From: a virus
Lineage: Duplodnaviria; Caudoviricetes
DNA length: 44,810 nt
Reading direction: 5' to 3' (one strand)
IMG/VR virus record: IMGVR_UViG_3300008255_000028
Location: 1-44,810 of that record
The position numbers were made by a program, and so were the translations under genes. Below, in pieces: positions 9,111-21,400 of this stretch (its first letter is position 1; the number at the start of each line of letters is the position of its first letter). Below the pieces are notes generated by a model that ran no database searches, was not told the DNA's origin, and saw nothing but the letters and a program-made list of their open reading frames with translations.

Positions 9111-9545
9111 ATGATTTTAGATCAAAATTCACTTTTCTCAGACGCTCAGGCAATTACTGCTACAGCTAACTCTACCAACCACTATGACCTTGGTGAGATG
9201 GGAATTGCTGCATATAACAATATTCAGCTAAAAAGAAACCTTGGTAAAGCTAAGGAATCTCCTCTTTTAATTCAAGTTGTAGAGGCTTTTGACGCTTTGA
9301 CTTCACTTCAAATAATTGTTCAGACAGATGACAACGATTCTTTCTCAAGTGCGAAAGACGTTATGTCTGTAACTGTTCCTTTAGCTGAACTTGTTCAAGG
9401 GTATATCTGCCCTATCGACAGACTCCCAAGAGGAATCGTTGAAAGATTCGTTCGTCTAAGATATGTTGTTTCAGGAACAGCACCAACTGTTGGTAAAATT
9501 ACTTCAGGCTTCGTAGTAGCTGTTGATGGCTCTTACGTAGGCTAA
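9111..9545 (+). CDS. Capsid cement/decoration protein (Bbp16-like)
   Basis: MILD..LFSDAQAIT...STN..DL...RFVRLRY.V.GT...GKIT pattern. Confidence 0.82.
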   Translation: MILDQNSLFSDAQAITATANSTNHYDLGEMGIAAYNNIQLKRNLGKAKESPLLIQVVEAFDALTSLQIIVQTDDNDSFSSAKDVMSVTVPLAELVQGYICPIDRLPRGIVERFVRLRYVVSGTAPTVGKITSGFVVAVDGSYVG

Positions 9546-9563
9546 TAGTTCATAGAGGGGATT

Positions 9564-9800
9564 ATGGAAACTGAAAAAAAGAAAGTACAAAGAAAGATTC
9601 AAAAAGTATCCATCGAAGCCGTAGCGGTCGACGATGGATATTATAAAGGGCAAATTATTCCTACAGGGAAGAAGTTCCTTTTTGAGGGTGTGACCAAGGA
9701 TGGTAAGCTCCCTTTATGGATTAAGGCTGCAAAAAAATCAGCTAAGAAAAAAGTAGAAATCGAAGAAGACGAAGAGTCAGACGTATCTGATCTTATCTAA
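9564..9800 (+). CDS. Hypothetical protein, 78 aa, ends VSDLI
   Basis: GAGGGG SD; in the morphogenesis operon. Confidence 0.75.
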   Translation: METEKKKVQRKIQKVSIEAVAVDDGYYKGQIIPTGKKFLFEGVTKDGKLPLWIKAAKKSAKKKVEIEEDEESDVSDLI

Positions 9801-9813
9801 CTAGGAGGACGTA

Positions 9814-10428
9814 GTGTTGGATAAACTCGACATTGCGAATCTTGCGCTAGGTAAATTAGGTGTATCTTTAGCCATCGCCGACTATACTGAAAATTCTGTT
9901 CAAGCAAAAATAATAAGAAGACATTTCAGGATGACTTTAGATACCCTGCTAGAAAAGCATCCATGGAATTTTGCTACTAAGTTCTCTGCATTATCTCTGG
10001 TATCAGAGGATGCAAAAGAACAGTATCGCTATTTATATTCTCTCCCTTCAGATTGTTTAGTCCTTCAAGAAATTGCAGAAGAAAATAAATTCTCACTTGT
10101 TGAACAATATGAAGACCAGAAATATCGATGGCAAGAACTTTATACAACAGGAAGCGTAAGAGTTCGCTCAAATGTACCAGACGCTTTTGGTAAATACACC
10201 GTAAGACTCGACGAAGATAAAAGCTTTCCTAATTATTTTGGAAGAGCTTTAGCGGCCATGCTCGCTATGGATATTGCTCCATCACTCATCACTAACAACT
10301 TTCCTAAAGTCAAAAGAGAATTAGTAAATGACTTAACGGCTGAAGTGAATGAAGGAATCGCACAAGATATGAGCCGTCAGCCTTTAAGGTTAGACTCGCT
10401 AAATCCTTTTGTTCGTGCGAGAATGTAA
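9814..10428 (+). CDS. Tail tubular protein A / adaptor
   Basis: IANLALGKLG, HPWNFA and YSLPSDCL motifs. Confidence 0.85.
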   Translation: MLDKLDIANLALGKLGVSLAIADYTENSVQAKIIRRHFRMTLDTLLEKHPWNFATKFSALSLVSEDAKEQYRYLYSLPSDCLVLQEIAEENKFSLVEQYEDQKYRWQELYTTGSVRVRSNVPDAFGKYTVRLDEDKSFPNYFGRALAAMLAMDIAPSLITNNFPKVKRELVNDLTAEVNEGIAQDMSRQPLRLDSLNPFVRARM

Positions 10429-10430
10429 TC

Positions 10431-13124
10431 ATGTCATCAGGAAAACAAGTATCTTTTCAATATGGTGAAGTTGCACCTTCTCTTCGTTTTAGATCAGACT
10501 TAGCGTCTTATAGTAATGCTGTCTCTAAACTTAAAAATATGTATGTGAGAAAGACAGGTGGTCTCTCCAACAGAGCAGGCTTCGAGTTTCTCGGTGTTCA
10601 TCCTAATCAAGAAAAGATTCCATCAACTAAAGGTTCTTCAGGGCCGGGGATTAAAAGCGTATTCTTTAAGAACCCTACTAACGGGGTGTTTACATATCTT
10701 GAGTATGGGTACGTTGCAGGCATGACAAATGCTTATAGATTTTCTAAAGCGTTTTTTGTATCTACATTATCGGCGGTGGCAGTAATTCCTGACGATTCTG
10801 TTGAAGCAGAAAGAGTCAATTATACTTTTTTAAAAGATCATGTAATCATTACCCCGTCGATGGAAGCGACTAAAGACGTTAATGGTGTTTACCGATATTC
10901 AACTCAAGACATAGAAAGTTTTGCTAATAAAACTTTTTTTGGTTTTTCTTCAATGACTGGAACTTCTTTTGGTAGGGCTCCTTACTTGCCTGTAACATAC
11001 AAGGTAACGGCAGTAATGGATGATGGTTTAGAGCTTGATGTTGCTTCATTTACGTCAGGCCCTATTGCTGATCCTAGCACACCCCCCGGAACGATTGTAC
11101 TTCCTCATGCAGAAATGACCTTAAGTATTACCGTAAATTTTATAGGGCCTGTAACGGGTGTTAAATTTTTTAATATCTATCGAGGCAACGGCAGAAATGC
11201 TACGTTCTTTAAACTTGCAGGAAGAACTAGAAATGCAGGGGGCTCAAGTTTTGATTTTATAGATTATGGCTCAGAATCATTTGCAGAAAATCCTCCTGAA
11301 GATCTCACACTTCGAGGGGCAGGGTCGGCTGTTTTAGGCGGAGTCAATGTGGCTTCATTCTATCAACAAAGACTTTTTATGGCTTACGATGTTGAGACAG
11401 CTACAAATATTAAGTCAGGTGAGATCGGAGTTTCTAAGCTCGGAGCCCCTGAGCAAATTGTAATGCCTACGATATTTAATAATACAGCAGCCTTTCAGTT
11501 TTCTGTTCCTATTGTTGATGGCTCTAATGTAGTTGGTATGCTTCCTATGGAAAGACTTATCGTCTTGTCTGAGAAAGCGGCATACGTTATTAGAGGGGGA
11601 GAGCAGGGGGTCATCACACCTACTTCAGTAAATCCAGTAAGAATATCTGAAACAGGATGCTCTGAAAACGTTCAGCCTAAAATGAAAGGGAACGTAGGGA
11701 TATATTTAAGTAACGACCATACCAAAATTATGGCAGTACAGTTCGGTGACGATGGTAATTTAGGCATAAGTGAAATGACATTACTCTCAAATCATTTAGT
11801 AGTTGAAAGTGACATTCATAACATCGAAGTTGTATCTTCCGAAACAGATCTAGCAATAGCTGTTAGGCGTGACGGTAAACTCCTCGTTGGTTCTATAGGA
11901 CCAGACTTTGCAGGCTTTGCTGTATGGGAAACTGACGGCTTTATCGAAAACATTTTTACGGCCAAAGATACTAAAAAGATTTATGCCAAAGGTAAAAAAG
12001 TCATAGGCGCAGGGGAAGAACTCTTGTATCGTAAAGATCCTTTAGTTGAAAATATTTATGCTTACGTTATTCGTGACGGTGTTCGTAATATAGAGGTTAT
12101 TCGTTTTAGACAGGACGACGAAAGGAAAGGGGAATTTTTTGCCGATTCTTATCGTATGTTCGGAGAGCGTTTACTTCAAACAGATTTAGGGTGGCACAGA
12201 CTTCACCACGTTGAGCATATTCGTTCGGTTGCAATGCCTTCTTCTTTTAAAACAGTTAATAACCCTTTCCCTTTCATAAATTCTTACGATCCATCAACAG
12301 GTATCTATTCTCCTGCTTCAGCAAGATTAAATATCGTAGGTGGTACAACGTGGGAAGCTAACGAAGTCGTAGAGGTTCAGTCTACTCATGTAATCACTTC
12401 TCCTACAGAAGGAAGAATATTCTTTTACTATGGGGATGAGGACGAAACGAAACAGTCAAAGATTGTTTTTGTTTGCACAGGCACAGGGTCTTCTACTACA
12501 ATTGATTTCCCGTATGCTTACGAAGGATACTTTTTACAAGATATTCCTTCTGAACTTCAAGACGCAGAAACTCAAAACCTACCTGAAAAATTATTCTATC
12601 AGACTCGTTTTGCTAGAGCTTTTGATTCAGTTATAAACCTTACTCATCTTGCGAACAAAGACGTCGCAGTAATGGCTGACGGACTTGTATTGTCTTCGCC
12701 TAATAACCCCGATGCTCCAACTCTTACGGTAGATGGATCAGGTGTTCTTGAGCTAGGTGATTTCTACGCTTATGGATATGTAGGGCTCCCTTATGAGTCG
12801 GAGGTTGAAACATTACCTATCGAGCCTTCAGATGGAAGAACTCTTTCAGATGATCGTAAGTTGATTAATAAGATTGGCGTTGCGCTTGATAAAACTCGTG
12901 GTGGTTTTTATGGCCCTGAAAATGCAGTGATGGACAATATGACCCCGATGCTTGCAGATGAAAATCTAGTAGCTGAAAACGGTATTACCTTAAATTTTAA
13001 CGGCCATAAAAGTATTCATGTTGAATCGACATGGAACGAAACAGGCATTATCAAAATAAAACAAGTTGACCCCCTTCCCATGACTATACTCGCAGTTTAT
13101 CCTAAAGGGGCGTCAAGCAACTAA
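10431..13124 (+). CDS. Tail tubular protein B / nozzle
   Basis: SF..GE.AP, FYQQRL, LTHL....V.V.ADG, VGLPY and QVDPLPMTILAV motifs. Confidence 0.9.
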   Translation: MSSGKQVSFQYGEVAPSLRFRSDLASYSNAVSKLKNMYVRKTGGLSNRAGFEFLGVHPNQEKIPSTKGSSGPGIKSVFFKNPTNGVFTYLEYGYVAGMTNAYRFSKAFFVSTLSAVAVIPDDSVEAERVNYTFLKDHVIITPSMEATKDVNGVYRYSTQDIESFANKTFFGFSSMTGTSFGRAPYLPVTYKVTAVMDDGLELDVASFTSGPIADPSTPPGTIVLPHAEMTLSITVNFIGPVTGVKFFNIYRGNGRNATFFKLAGRTRNAGGSSFDFIDYGSESFAENPPEDLTLRGAGSAVLGGVNVASFYQQRLFMAYDVETATNIKSGEIGVSKLGAPEQIVMPTIFNNTAAFQFSVPIVDGSNVVGMLPMERLIVLSEKAAYVIRGGEQGVITPTSVNPVRISETGCSENVQPKMKGNVGIYLSNDHTKIMAVQFGDDGNLGISEMTLLSNHLVVESDIHNIEVVSSETDLAIAVRRDGKLLVGSIGPDFAGFAVWETDGFIENIFTAKDTKKIYAKGKKVIGAGEELLYRKDPLVENIYAYVIRDGVRNIEVIRFRQDDERKGEFFADSYRMFGERLLQTDLGWHRLHHVEHIRSVAMPSSFKTVNNPFPFINSYDPSTGIYSPASARLNIVGGTTWEANEVVEVQSTHVITSPTEGRIFFYYGDEDETKQSKIVFVCTGTGSSTTIDFPYAYEGYFLQDIPSELQDAETQNLPEKLFYQTRFARAFDSVINLTHLANKDVAVMADGLVLSSPNNPDAPTLTVDGSGVLELGDFYAYGYVGLPYESEVETLPIEPSDGRTLSDDRKLINKIGVALDKTRGGFYGPENAVMDNMTPMLADENLVAENGITLNFNGHKSIHVESTWNETGIIKIKQVDPLPMTILAVYPKGASSN

Positions 13125-13135
13125 TAGGAGTTCAT

Positions 13136-13801
13136 ATGGGCTTTAGAAGAAGAGTACCTGTCAATAATATAGATACCATTCCTGCTGATCAAATTTTCAA
13201 CCAAGATCCTGTTTCTCAAGGAGCTTTTGATTCTAAATTAAGAAGTACGGTTTCAGCCCCCATTACTCTTCAGACAGGGCAAGCTCCTGAATCAAATACT
13301 TACGACGACTTAACTCCCAAAAATAAAGATAAAACGGAAGTAAGCGACGCATATAAAGGACTTAAAATAGGTCTTGCGGCGGCAGAGTTTGGTATTGACA
13401 TGATGAACGCCAACAGCAGGTATAGAACTATTAGTGATCAGGCGCAGTTTAATATCGTTCAAGCCCAAAATCAAAGGGCAGATTCACTATATCGTGGACG
13501 TTTGGCGGCAGGTAGGGCAGAATCTAAGGGTAGACAAGCAGGTGAACAGTCTCTTTTAGCTTTAGCGGCGCAAGGTCAAGATGTATCAGGCGCAGCCGCT
13601 CAGAGAGTTCAGGGATCTTACGAAGCAGTCGGAATTGAAAATGCTCTTCAAGAGGAAATAAATTCGATGAGAGAAGCTTTAGGTTTTGAACTTGAACAGA
13701 TTGGCTACGATTATCAAATAAAAACGGCAGGCATTGAACGTGACGCAAGTGTCATTTCATCAGGGCTTCAGTTCATTTCATCTTCAGTGGGAGTTTTATA
13801 A
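13136..13801 (+). CDS. Internal virion (ejection) protein
   Basis: Ala/Gln-rich with ALAAQGQDVSG; position after the nozzle gene. Confidence 0.65.
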   Translation: MGFRRRVPVNNIDTIPADQIFNQDPVSQGAFDSKLRSTVSAPITLQTGQAPESNTYDDLTPKNKDKTEVSDAYKGLKIGLAAAEFGIDMMNANSRYRTISDQAQFNIVQAQNQRADSLYRGRLAAGRAESKGRQAGEQSLLALAAQGQDVSGAAAQRVQGSYEAVGIENALQEEINSMREALGFELEQIGYDYQIKTAGIERDASVISSGLQFISSSVGVL

Positions 13802-15486
13802 TGGGACTCAGATCACCTCAAGAAATGGAAATAACGTCTGTTCAGCCACAAAGAGCAACACGTTTGCAAGGCGGAAGAACAGGGCAAATAGATCCTTCTT
13901 TCCTAAGAACATTAGAAAGTATTACTGAACAGCGTGAAAAAGAAAGACTTGAAGGGGCTAAGGCTTCAACAAAACTTGCCGAGGATATGGCAGAGCAGCA
14001 GATTAGAGAAAAAGAAATCGAAGCTAAAGCTAAAGCGGCGAGTACTCAGGGCTTAAACGCTTTACAAGAGACTTCTAAACAAAGAGAAGAACTTCTTAAA
14101 CAAGCAAATGATATTGTTTCCAAGATGCCTGTTGAACTCCAAGCAAAGATGCAGCCTAAGATTTTAAAGTCAGTAAACAATTTTAACGTTACAGCGATTC
14201 CTCACCAGTACGGAGAAATAGCTAAAGTTAGAGAACAGGTAGGTAAAGATAAAATCGTGGCAAGAAGAGATGATGCCATTGAAAGATCGGCGGATATGGA
14301 ATGGTTCTCCACTGAAGGGCTTAAAGACGTTGCAGACAGAGCGACTGAGTACGGTCGTTTAAAATATGGAAACGAAGCAAACGTCGATGTCGGAGGTCTT
14401 ACCGCAGGTGAAGCCATTCATGCTATCAGGAAAGAAGCTGTAGCTGAAACCGTCGTAGGCGCAATAGAAGTTCAAGCAAAGACCAACAGACTTTCTACGG
14501 CCCAAGAACTTTTTGCTAAACACGAAAAGGACTTAACTCCTGCCATGAAGGTTAAGGCGTTAAATATTCTTAAGAAAGCGGAAGTAGATACTGCCGACAA
14601 ACTTGGCTTGTCTTTTGCTGAAATGGCAATGAAACAATACCCTGAAGATATGGCCGCTCAAGAAGCGTTCATGAGGGCCAATGCTCCTAACGAAGATGTG
14701 TATAAGTCAGGCGTTGCTTTTGCTAAAAGTATTTCAGGTATCAAAGCACAACAGAAGAAATTTAATGATGAGAAAAACTTAGGTGAAGCTTTGGATGCGA
14801 TATCGAAGGGTCAACCGTTGACGGCTAAATCACTAGAGAATGTAGATCCTAAGTATCATGATAAGGTTAGAACATACGCTATTAATCAGGCGCAAGGGAA
14901 ATATAACCCAACAGACACAAGAGTATTTAATTCTCTTTTAAAACAAGTTCAAGACGATCCTGAAGGTTTTGCTACCAGCTTAAACCTAAGTGCATACGCT
15001 GCGGATCTTAACGAAGAAGACCAAAAGTTTTTTAAAAGAATTAAAACTAATTTAATCGAAGCAGGAAGAAAAGAAGACTTGAGAGTTTACAACAGAGGGA
15101 ACAGAGTGGCTAAAGACGTCACTTCTCAATTCCTAAACGCTAATAAAGTATTTAACCCCGGCCAGAGATCGAAGGTCGAGCTCGCAGTTTTTGATTACGT
15201 TTATGAGATGATCGGTAAAGGCGAAAGAGATGAGTCCAAGATAAGAAGATCTACACTTAAAGCCTTAAGAGACTTTGGATATAAAGAAGAAAAAAGAGAT
15301 ACTTGGTTTGGACTTAGTTCTGAAACTATTAAAACAGTATTACCTTCAGGATCTTTAAAAGGTGAAGTTCACCCTTCGATAATAAATAAAATTAAAACAA
15401 GGTACCCTAAAATGTCGGAGACTGAGATTCAGCAGGTAGTAAGTGATATGCAGAAAAACGGAATTGATATTTATTCTGAACAATAG
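13801..15486 (+). CDS. Internal virion (ejection) protein, helical
   Basis: 561-aa coiled-coil-rich protein; assigned by synteny. Confidence 0.65.
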   Translation: MGLRSPQEMEITSVQPQRATRLQGGRTGQIDPSFLRTLESITEQREKERLEGAKASTKLAEDMAEQQIREKEIEAKAKAASTQGLNALQETSKQREELLKQANDIVSKMPVELQAKMQPKILKSVNNFNVTAIPHQYGEIAKVREQVGKDKIVARRDDAIERSADMEWFSTEGLKDVADRATEYGRLKYGNEANVDVGGLTAGEAIHAIRKEAVAETVVGAIEVQAKTNRLSTAQELFAKHEKDLTPAMKVKALNILKKAEVDTADKLGLSFAEMAMKQYPEDMAAQEAFMRANAPNEDVYKSGVAFAKSISGIKAQQKKFNDEKNLGEALDAISKGQPLTAKSLENVDPKYHDKVRTYAINQAQGKYNPTDTRVFNSLLKQVQDDPEGFATSLNLSAYAADLNEEDQKFFKRIKTNLIEAGRKEDLRVYNRGNRVAKDVTSQFLNANKVFNPGQRSKVELAVFDYVYEMIGKGERDESKIRRSTLKALRDFGYKEEKRDTWFGLSSETIKTVLPSGSLKGEVHPSIINKIKTRYPKMSETEIQQVVSDMQKNGIDIYSEQ

Positions 15487-15494
15487 AGGGGAAC

Positions 15495-18400
15495 GTGGCA
15501 GGAATTACAAAACAAACTAAAGATTTTATTAAGAAGCACGAAGGCTTAAGACTTAAAAAGTATAAAGACTTTAATGGCAAATACGCCGTTGGGTATGGAG
15601 ATACATTAAACGTTAAAGATGAAATATCAGAGCAAGAAGCTGAAGAGCTTTTAGACAGAAGACTTTCACAAGGTTCTGAAGTAATTAACAAACATTTAAA
15701 ACGTGACATACCTCAAAACCAATATGATGTTCTTCTTGACCTTGAGTATAATTTAGGAGCCACTAAGCTTTTAAACTCAGGGCTAATCGACGTTGTTAAT
15801 AAAGGCAATATCGATGAGATAAAACTTGCAATAGGGAAATACACTAAAGCAACTAACGAAAAAGGACAGCTTGTCGAACTTCCTGCTTTAGTTAAAAGAT
15901 CACAAGATCGTTTAAAACTTTGGGGTGGAGCACTTACGACTGATAATACCGTAGACGCTTTCCTCGATAAATATGAACTTCCCGTTGTTCAAGGTCAGTC
16001 AAGCGTTGATTCATTTTTAGATAGCTATAAAAAAGAGGAGGTTCCATCTCCTGAGCAGCAAAGAGTCGCAGGACTTAATACGTCAGAGACACTTGCAGGG
16101 GATAAGCCTGAACTAGAATTTATTAAAAAAGCTAAGCAGCTTGCAAGAGAGGAAAGAATTTCTCAAGCTGATGCAGAAGCTATTCTTTTCGAGCGTGACT
16201 ACGGTTCAGCTAAAGTCGAAGCTCGTAAAGAAACACTAGCTAAAAAATACCCTGCCACTTCTAAATGGGCTTCAAAGCCTGAGAATTTTGAGGTGTTAAA
16301 GTCTTCTCCTGATAATGTGATGAAGATTGAAAACGTTTCTAAGAACTTATCGCCAAGCTATCTTGATGATCTTGGAACGGCAGTAAAGTCAAACATTTTT
16401 ATTTATCAAGAATCTTTTGCCCATATTGCAAACACACTAGGCATAATGGACGTAGATCAAACTGAAAAACTTTTAAATGAAATCGATCAGGAAAAACAGA
16501 AAGCTAAGTTTGTCACGTACCAAAAAGGCGTTGATAAAATAAACAAAGCAGGTCAGACACTTGAGGAAACTTACGGCGAAGGTTTTAATAAAATAGCTGA
16601 AGCATGGGACTCTTTGTTTTATAATCGTAACGATCAAATTGATAAATTAAAAAATGCTTATGATGGTTCAGAGGCAGCACTAAATAGTACCCTCGAATTT
16701 ATTACAACTGCTTTTCAAAATCCTAAAGAGTTTGGATTAGTGGGCGTTCAATCGGCAGGAACTTTTGTTTCTCCATACATCGGAGCCCTCGCAGGTGCGG
16801 CCGTAGGAACTCCTATTGGTATGACCGTTGCAGGCGCATCGGCAGGACAGCTTTTAGGCTCAGGTATTATAGGGTACGGATCGTACCTTCAAGAGCAGCT
16901 TGAAGAATTTAGAGATCCTAATACAGGTAAAATTGATTTAAAGAAAGCATACAGTGATCCTAACCGAGTTGCTAAGTGGAGATCTCAAGCCACTGTCTAT
17001 GGTATTTCACTTGCTCTTTTAGATAAGCTCTTCATGGGTAAAGCAGGTAAAGAAATTCTTAAGCCTGTAAGCGGTGATCTCGTAAAAAAGATTGCAGGTA
17101 AAACGGCTCAACTTGCTAAAGGTACAGTGACTCAAGCGGTAGGTGAAGGAGTCGGCGAGACAGGAGCAACTATTGCCGCCGATCTTACAGGTGTTCCTTT
17201 TGGTGACAAGATGACTTTTGAGAAAGTAGGTCGTGCAGTAGGTAAAGGCTTCGTAGAAGGAGCCGTATCTATTGTGACAGGTGGAATGGCAGAAGTCGGA
17301 GGAGCAGGCGTACGTAAAATTATTTCAAGTACAAATAAACAAGCGGCGGCAAAAACTGCCGATAGTGTAAAGAAAACTAATGAAGCGGTAGGAAGTTTAG
17401 AAACTTTAGCAGAAGTTCGAGAGATCGTAGAAAACGATCCTAACCTAAAAGAAAATCCTGACGCTGTAAAAGAGTTAATCGAAGAGTCAGTAAATCCTGA
17501 ACCGACTGACGTAGAAGAGTCAGATGTTTTTACTGAAGAATTAGACAACGATATTAAAGATGAAATTAAATTAATTGATAACGAGAAGAAAGGCTTCGTA
17601 TCCATCACGCCTTCAGAGTGGAACAAGTATCATATATCGAAGGGCATTGACCCTGCTGATGCCATAATGAATTTAGGTCCATTAGCGGCTGACCAATACA
17701 ATAGAAACAAAACAAGCGACACTAGCTTTTCAGTTCCCATATCTGATTGGGCCGTAGGAACTCTTAGCTCTCCTCCTGATATTAATCTAATACCTAGAGT
17801 GAACGGTAATGATCTTAATGCGGCTGAAGCTATTAAGACAGGACAGGACATTGAGAAAAACCCTTTAGTGTTTTTTAGCCAAGACGAATTACCTCCTACC
17901 CCTGAGCAAGAAGTAAAAGACGTTTCAGGTACACCAATCACAGAGCAGGTCATCGTCGAGGAGGATCAAGACCCCGAGGCTCCAACACTTAGACCCGTAA
18001 AACTTTATGGTAAGTTTAGAGATGCTTTAGAGAAAAAAGCTTTTGATAAAATTCGTAACCAACTTAAAGGTGCTTCAAAGGTAACTAAGAACATTTCACC
18101 TGAAGCCATCGATGTTGTCGCAGAATTACAGTTTAGACATTTAAGAGCTAGAGCAGAGATGCTTAACGTTCCTATATCTAAACTTGCTGACGATCTTGAT
18201 TTTGGTAAAATGATTAAGGCAAAGAGCAGAGGATCTTTTATTCCTGACCAAAGTTTAGCGAGTCCTTATGCTAAAGTTGTTTTAACTAAATCGGCCGACG
18301 AGACAACTGTTCTTCATGAGCTTGGACATTCGTGGCTCCATGATATGTGGGCGGATGCTCCATACATTAATGCTATTGCTGAAGATCAAATTACAGAACA

Positions 18401-21400
18401 GCAAAGAGAATACAAAGAAGCTCAACAAATTTTAGTCGACATGATTAAAGAGCGTGGGTTTCAAATTGAAACAATGGCTGACTTATACAATAGAAAGGCT
18501 GAAGAAGTGCAGGCCATTCATGAAATGTTTGCTCAGACAGCAGAGAAATATTTTTATGAAGGTAAATATACTGACTCAAGAATCACAAAACTTTTAAACG
18601 TATTTAGAAAATATTTAACAAGAGCCCTTGAACTCGTAGGTACGACGTACCCTCAATGGCCAGCACTTGAGATCACACCTAAGATCGAAAGAATCTTTAC
18701 GGCCATACTAGATGCAAGCAACAAGATCGACGAGGTTCTCCCTCCAATGTTCTCTGACCCTATGTTTGATCCTAGCTTTTTAGGTAAAGATGGACAGGAA
18801 TACATCGACGCAATCTTAGACTCAAGATCTGAAGCCGTTGGCGAGGTCTACGCTAAGTCGTTTAATATGTCGATAAGAGATAGAGAAAATGCAATTAATG
18901 CAATCATTGATCAATACTATACGGATGCAACAGACGAAGCTAATCAACGTCTCTCTATGAGGATTAAGAACAACTTCGACGTGCTCTACAATGATTTTAA
19001 AAACGGCTCAGGTGATGACCCTAGAATAAGCTATGAGTCTTTTGCTGAAGCGATGGCAGGCGGAGACGTTAATAAAGCGGATCAGCTTAAAGCCATGATG
19101 CCTAAGAATATGATCAACGGAAAAAAGAAAGGCGGCGTAGATATTAATGATTTTATGGCAGCCGTTGGAATCGCTGACCCTGCTGAGCTTTTCACTTTAC
19201 TCAAAGAAGCAGCAAATATCGATAAGGTCATTGAGGATATAGTGGCTCAGAGAATTGAGAAAGATATGCCTGTCCTTAAAACGGATCAAGAGATTCACAC
19301 AATCGCAGAAGCAGCCGTTCAGAATAAAGGTAAAGAAAAATTAATGCGTAGAGAAATGCAGATCCTTCAGGAAAGATTTCCTACGGAATATGCGAACCTA
19401 GTACGCCAAGGCATGTTGCCTGCCAGCCAATTAGGCACAAAAGCATATAAGAAAGCCATGTTAATGCAGGGCTACAAGATCGTTATGGGTCTTCCTTTCA
19501 ACGCTTTCTCTCCAAGAGCCTTGCTTAAAGACTCCGATTCCTTTGGTCGTAAAGCGGCAGATGCCTTCAGACGTAAGGACGTTCAAGGGGCCATGGAGCT
19601 TAAGCATCAGCAAGCCATACATTTTCAAGCCTATCAAGTCGCCGAATCTGTAAAAGGTGAAGTGGCAAAAGCTAGAGTTTTAATTAAAAAGAAATTTGCA
19701 AAATATGCAACAAGTAAAGATTTCTCTAACAAACTAGATGCAGACACTATGCTCTACGGAGTCGAGGTTATTAATACTTTACTAAATGGATCTTATAACC
19801 TTCCCGACTTTTCAACTGAAAACTTTGACGACGCTTCGGCAGTAAACTCAGATCACGTTAGACTTATAAACGATATGGTCGCTAACGTAAGAGCTCTTGG
19901 CGCAGACAAGAACACAAAGCAGATGAACGTCGTTGAGCTTATGGCCGTTGGAGATCTTCTTGAGACTGTTCTTAAAGTCGCAAGAAAAGCAAAGACACTA
20001 GAACTAAATAATAAAGCTATTGATCGTGAAGTCTTAATCAATCAAGCCATTGTTGAGATCGGAGACAGAAAAGCAAATGACCCGACTCTTACAGCAAAAC
20101 AGCTTGATGAGATGGGAATTATTCTTTCAACTCTTAAAGGTGGAAGAACTTACGAACTTAAAAACATGCGTACACTTCTTTCATCACTCTTTAAAACAGA
20201 TATTGAATTTGAACAGTCAGTGCTAGGGCAGTTATACAATGAGACTTTAAACGCTGAAGCTGAAAGAAATAATGCTCTTGATGAGCAAAGAGCTAAGGTT
20301 GAAAACGCTTTAAAGAACGCTTTCAAGCGTAAAGGTATGTCATACATTTTAGGAGCGGCAGGAAACTTTTTAAAGGCTAAAGATAAAAGATCTCAGGTCA
20401 TCAACTCTCCTGAACTTAAAGTATCCTTTAATAACGTAGGGGAGCTTTACTCTTTCCTTCTTCATTTCTTAGGAAGTGAGTCTGGTGCAGAAAAGATTTT
20501 ACTTGGTGGCATTAATGGTTCAGGACCATTGGTGGCGTTTAATGATGACTTTACAGAAATCGACGAAAGTAATGCTTGGAAGTTTGTAAACAGACTAATC
20601 GAAGAGGGAGTCTTAACTAAAGAAGACTTTGATGCTCTTCAAACGGTATGGGACTCCTTTGATTCGTTCTACCCTAAAGTTAAAAAAGCTATTAGAAATA
20701 CTGACGGCAGAAAAGTAAACTATATCGAAGGTCGAGGGTTCACAAATAAGTTTGGAGCTTATAGAGGAGGGTATATTCCAATCTCTAAGGCTTTAGACTC
20801 ACTTCCTCAAGCGGCAAGAGATCAGCTTTTAAATCCTGATGCTAATGGGTACCAAGTCAATGACCTCTTCCCTCACATGTACACAGGCATGGCTTCGTTA
20901 AGAAAGAAACAATACTACGACGTGAATCTTGATCTCGGTAAGATAACTTCAAAACTCGCAGGAGTGGCGAACGTGGCGTACCTAAGAGAGCCAATGATGA
21001 ACATTGGTAAATTCTTTTCTGATGAAAATCTAAACGTCGTTCTTGAGAACCGTCGTCCTGACATTACTACAAGGGCAATAGTTCCATGGTTTAATAGAAC
21101 TAAACTTCAAGAGTACGTTGCTCCTTCTGACAGCTTCTTAGATACTTTTGCAAAACAAATAAGATCAGTAGCTCCACTAAATTTTTATGTTGGTAACTTA
21201 AAAGTTGTAGGTATGCAGTTCTTAGGTATTCCTCAAGCTCTTCCAGTGGTAGGGGCTAAAGCTTTAACTAAAGGCTTGGCAGCGTACACGACGAATCGTG
21301 AAACTAAAAAATTTATAACTGACAGATCAGTGAGGATGAAGCAGAGATTTAGTAATCATGAAAAGAACATGATTAAAAATACTGAAGAGTTAGACCTAAA

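Noticed and set aside
17132-17953. Antisense ORFs inside the giant gene, and similar shadow ORFs elsewhere (e.g. 22585-23157, 31615-31953, 37180-37767)
   Set aside because: They lie opposite well-supported genes and are explained by codon bias.
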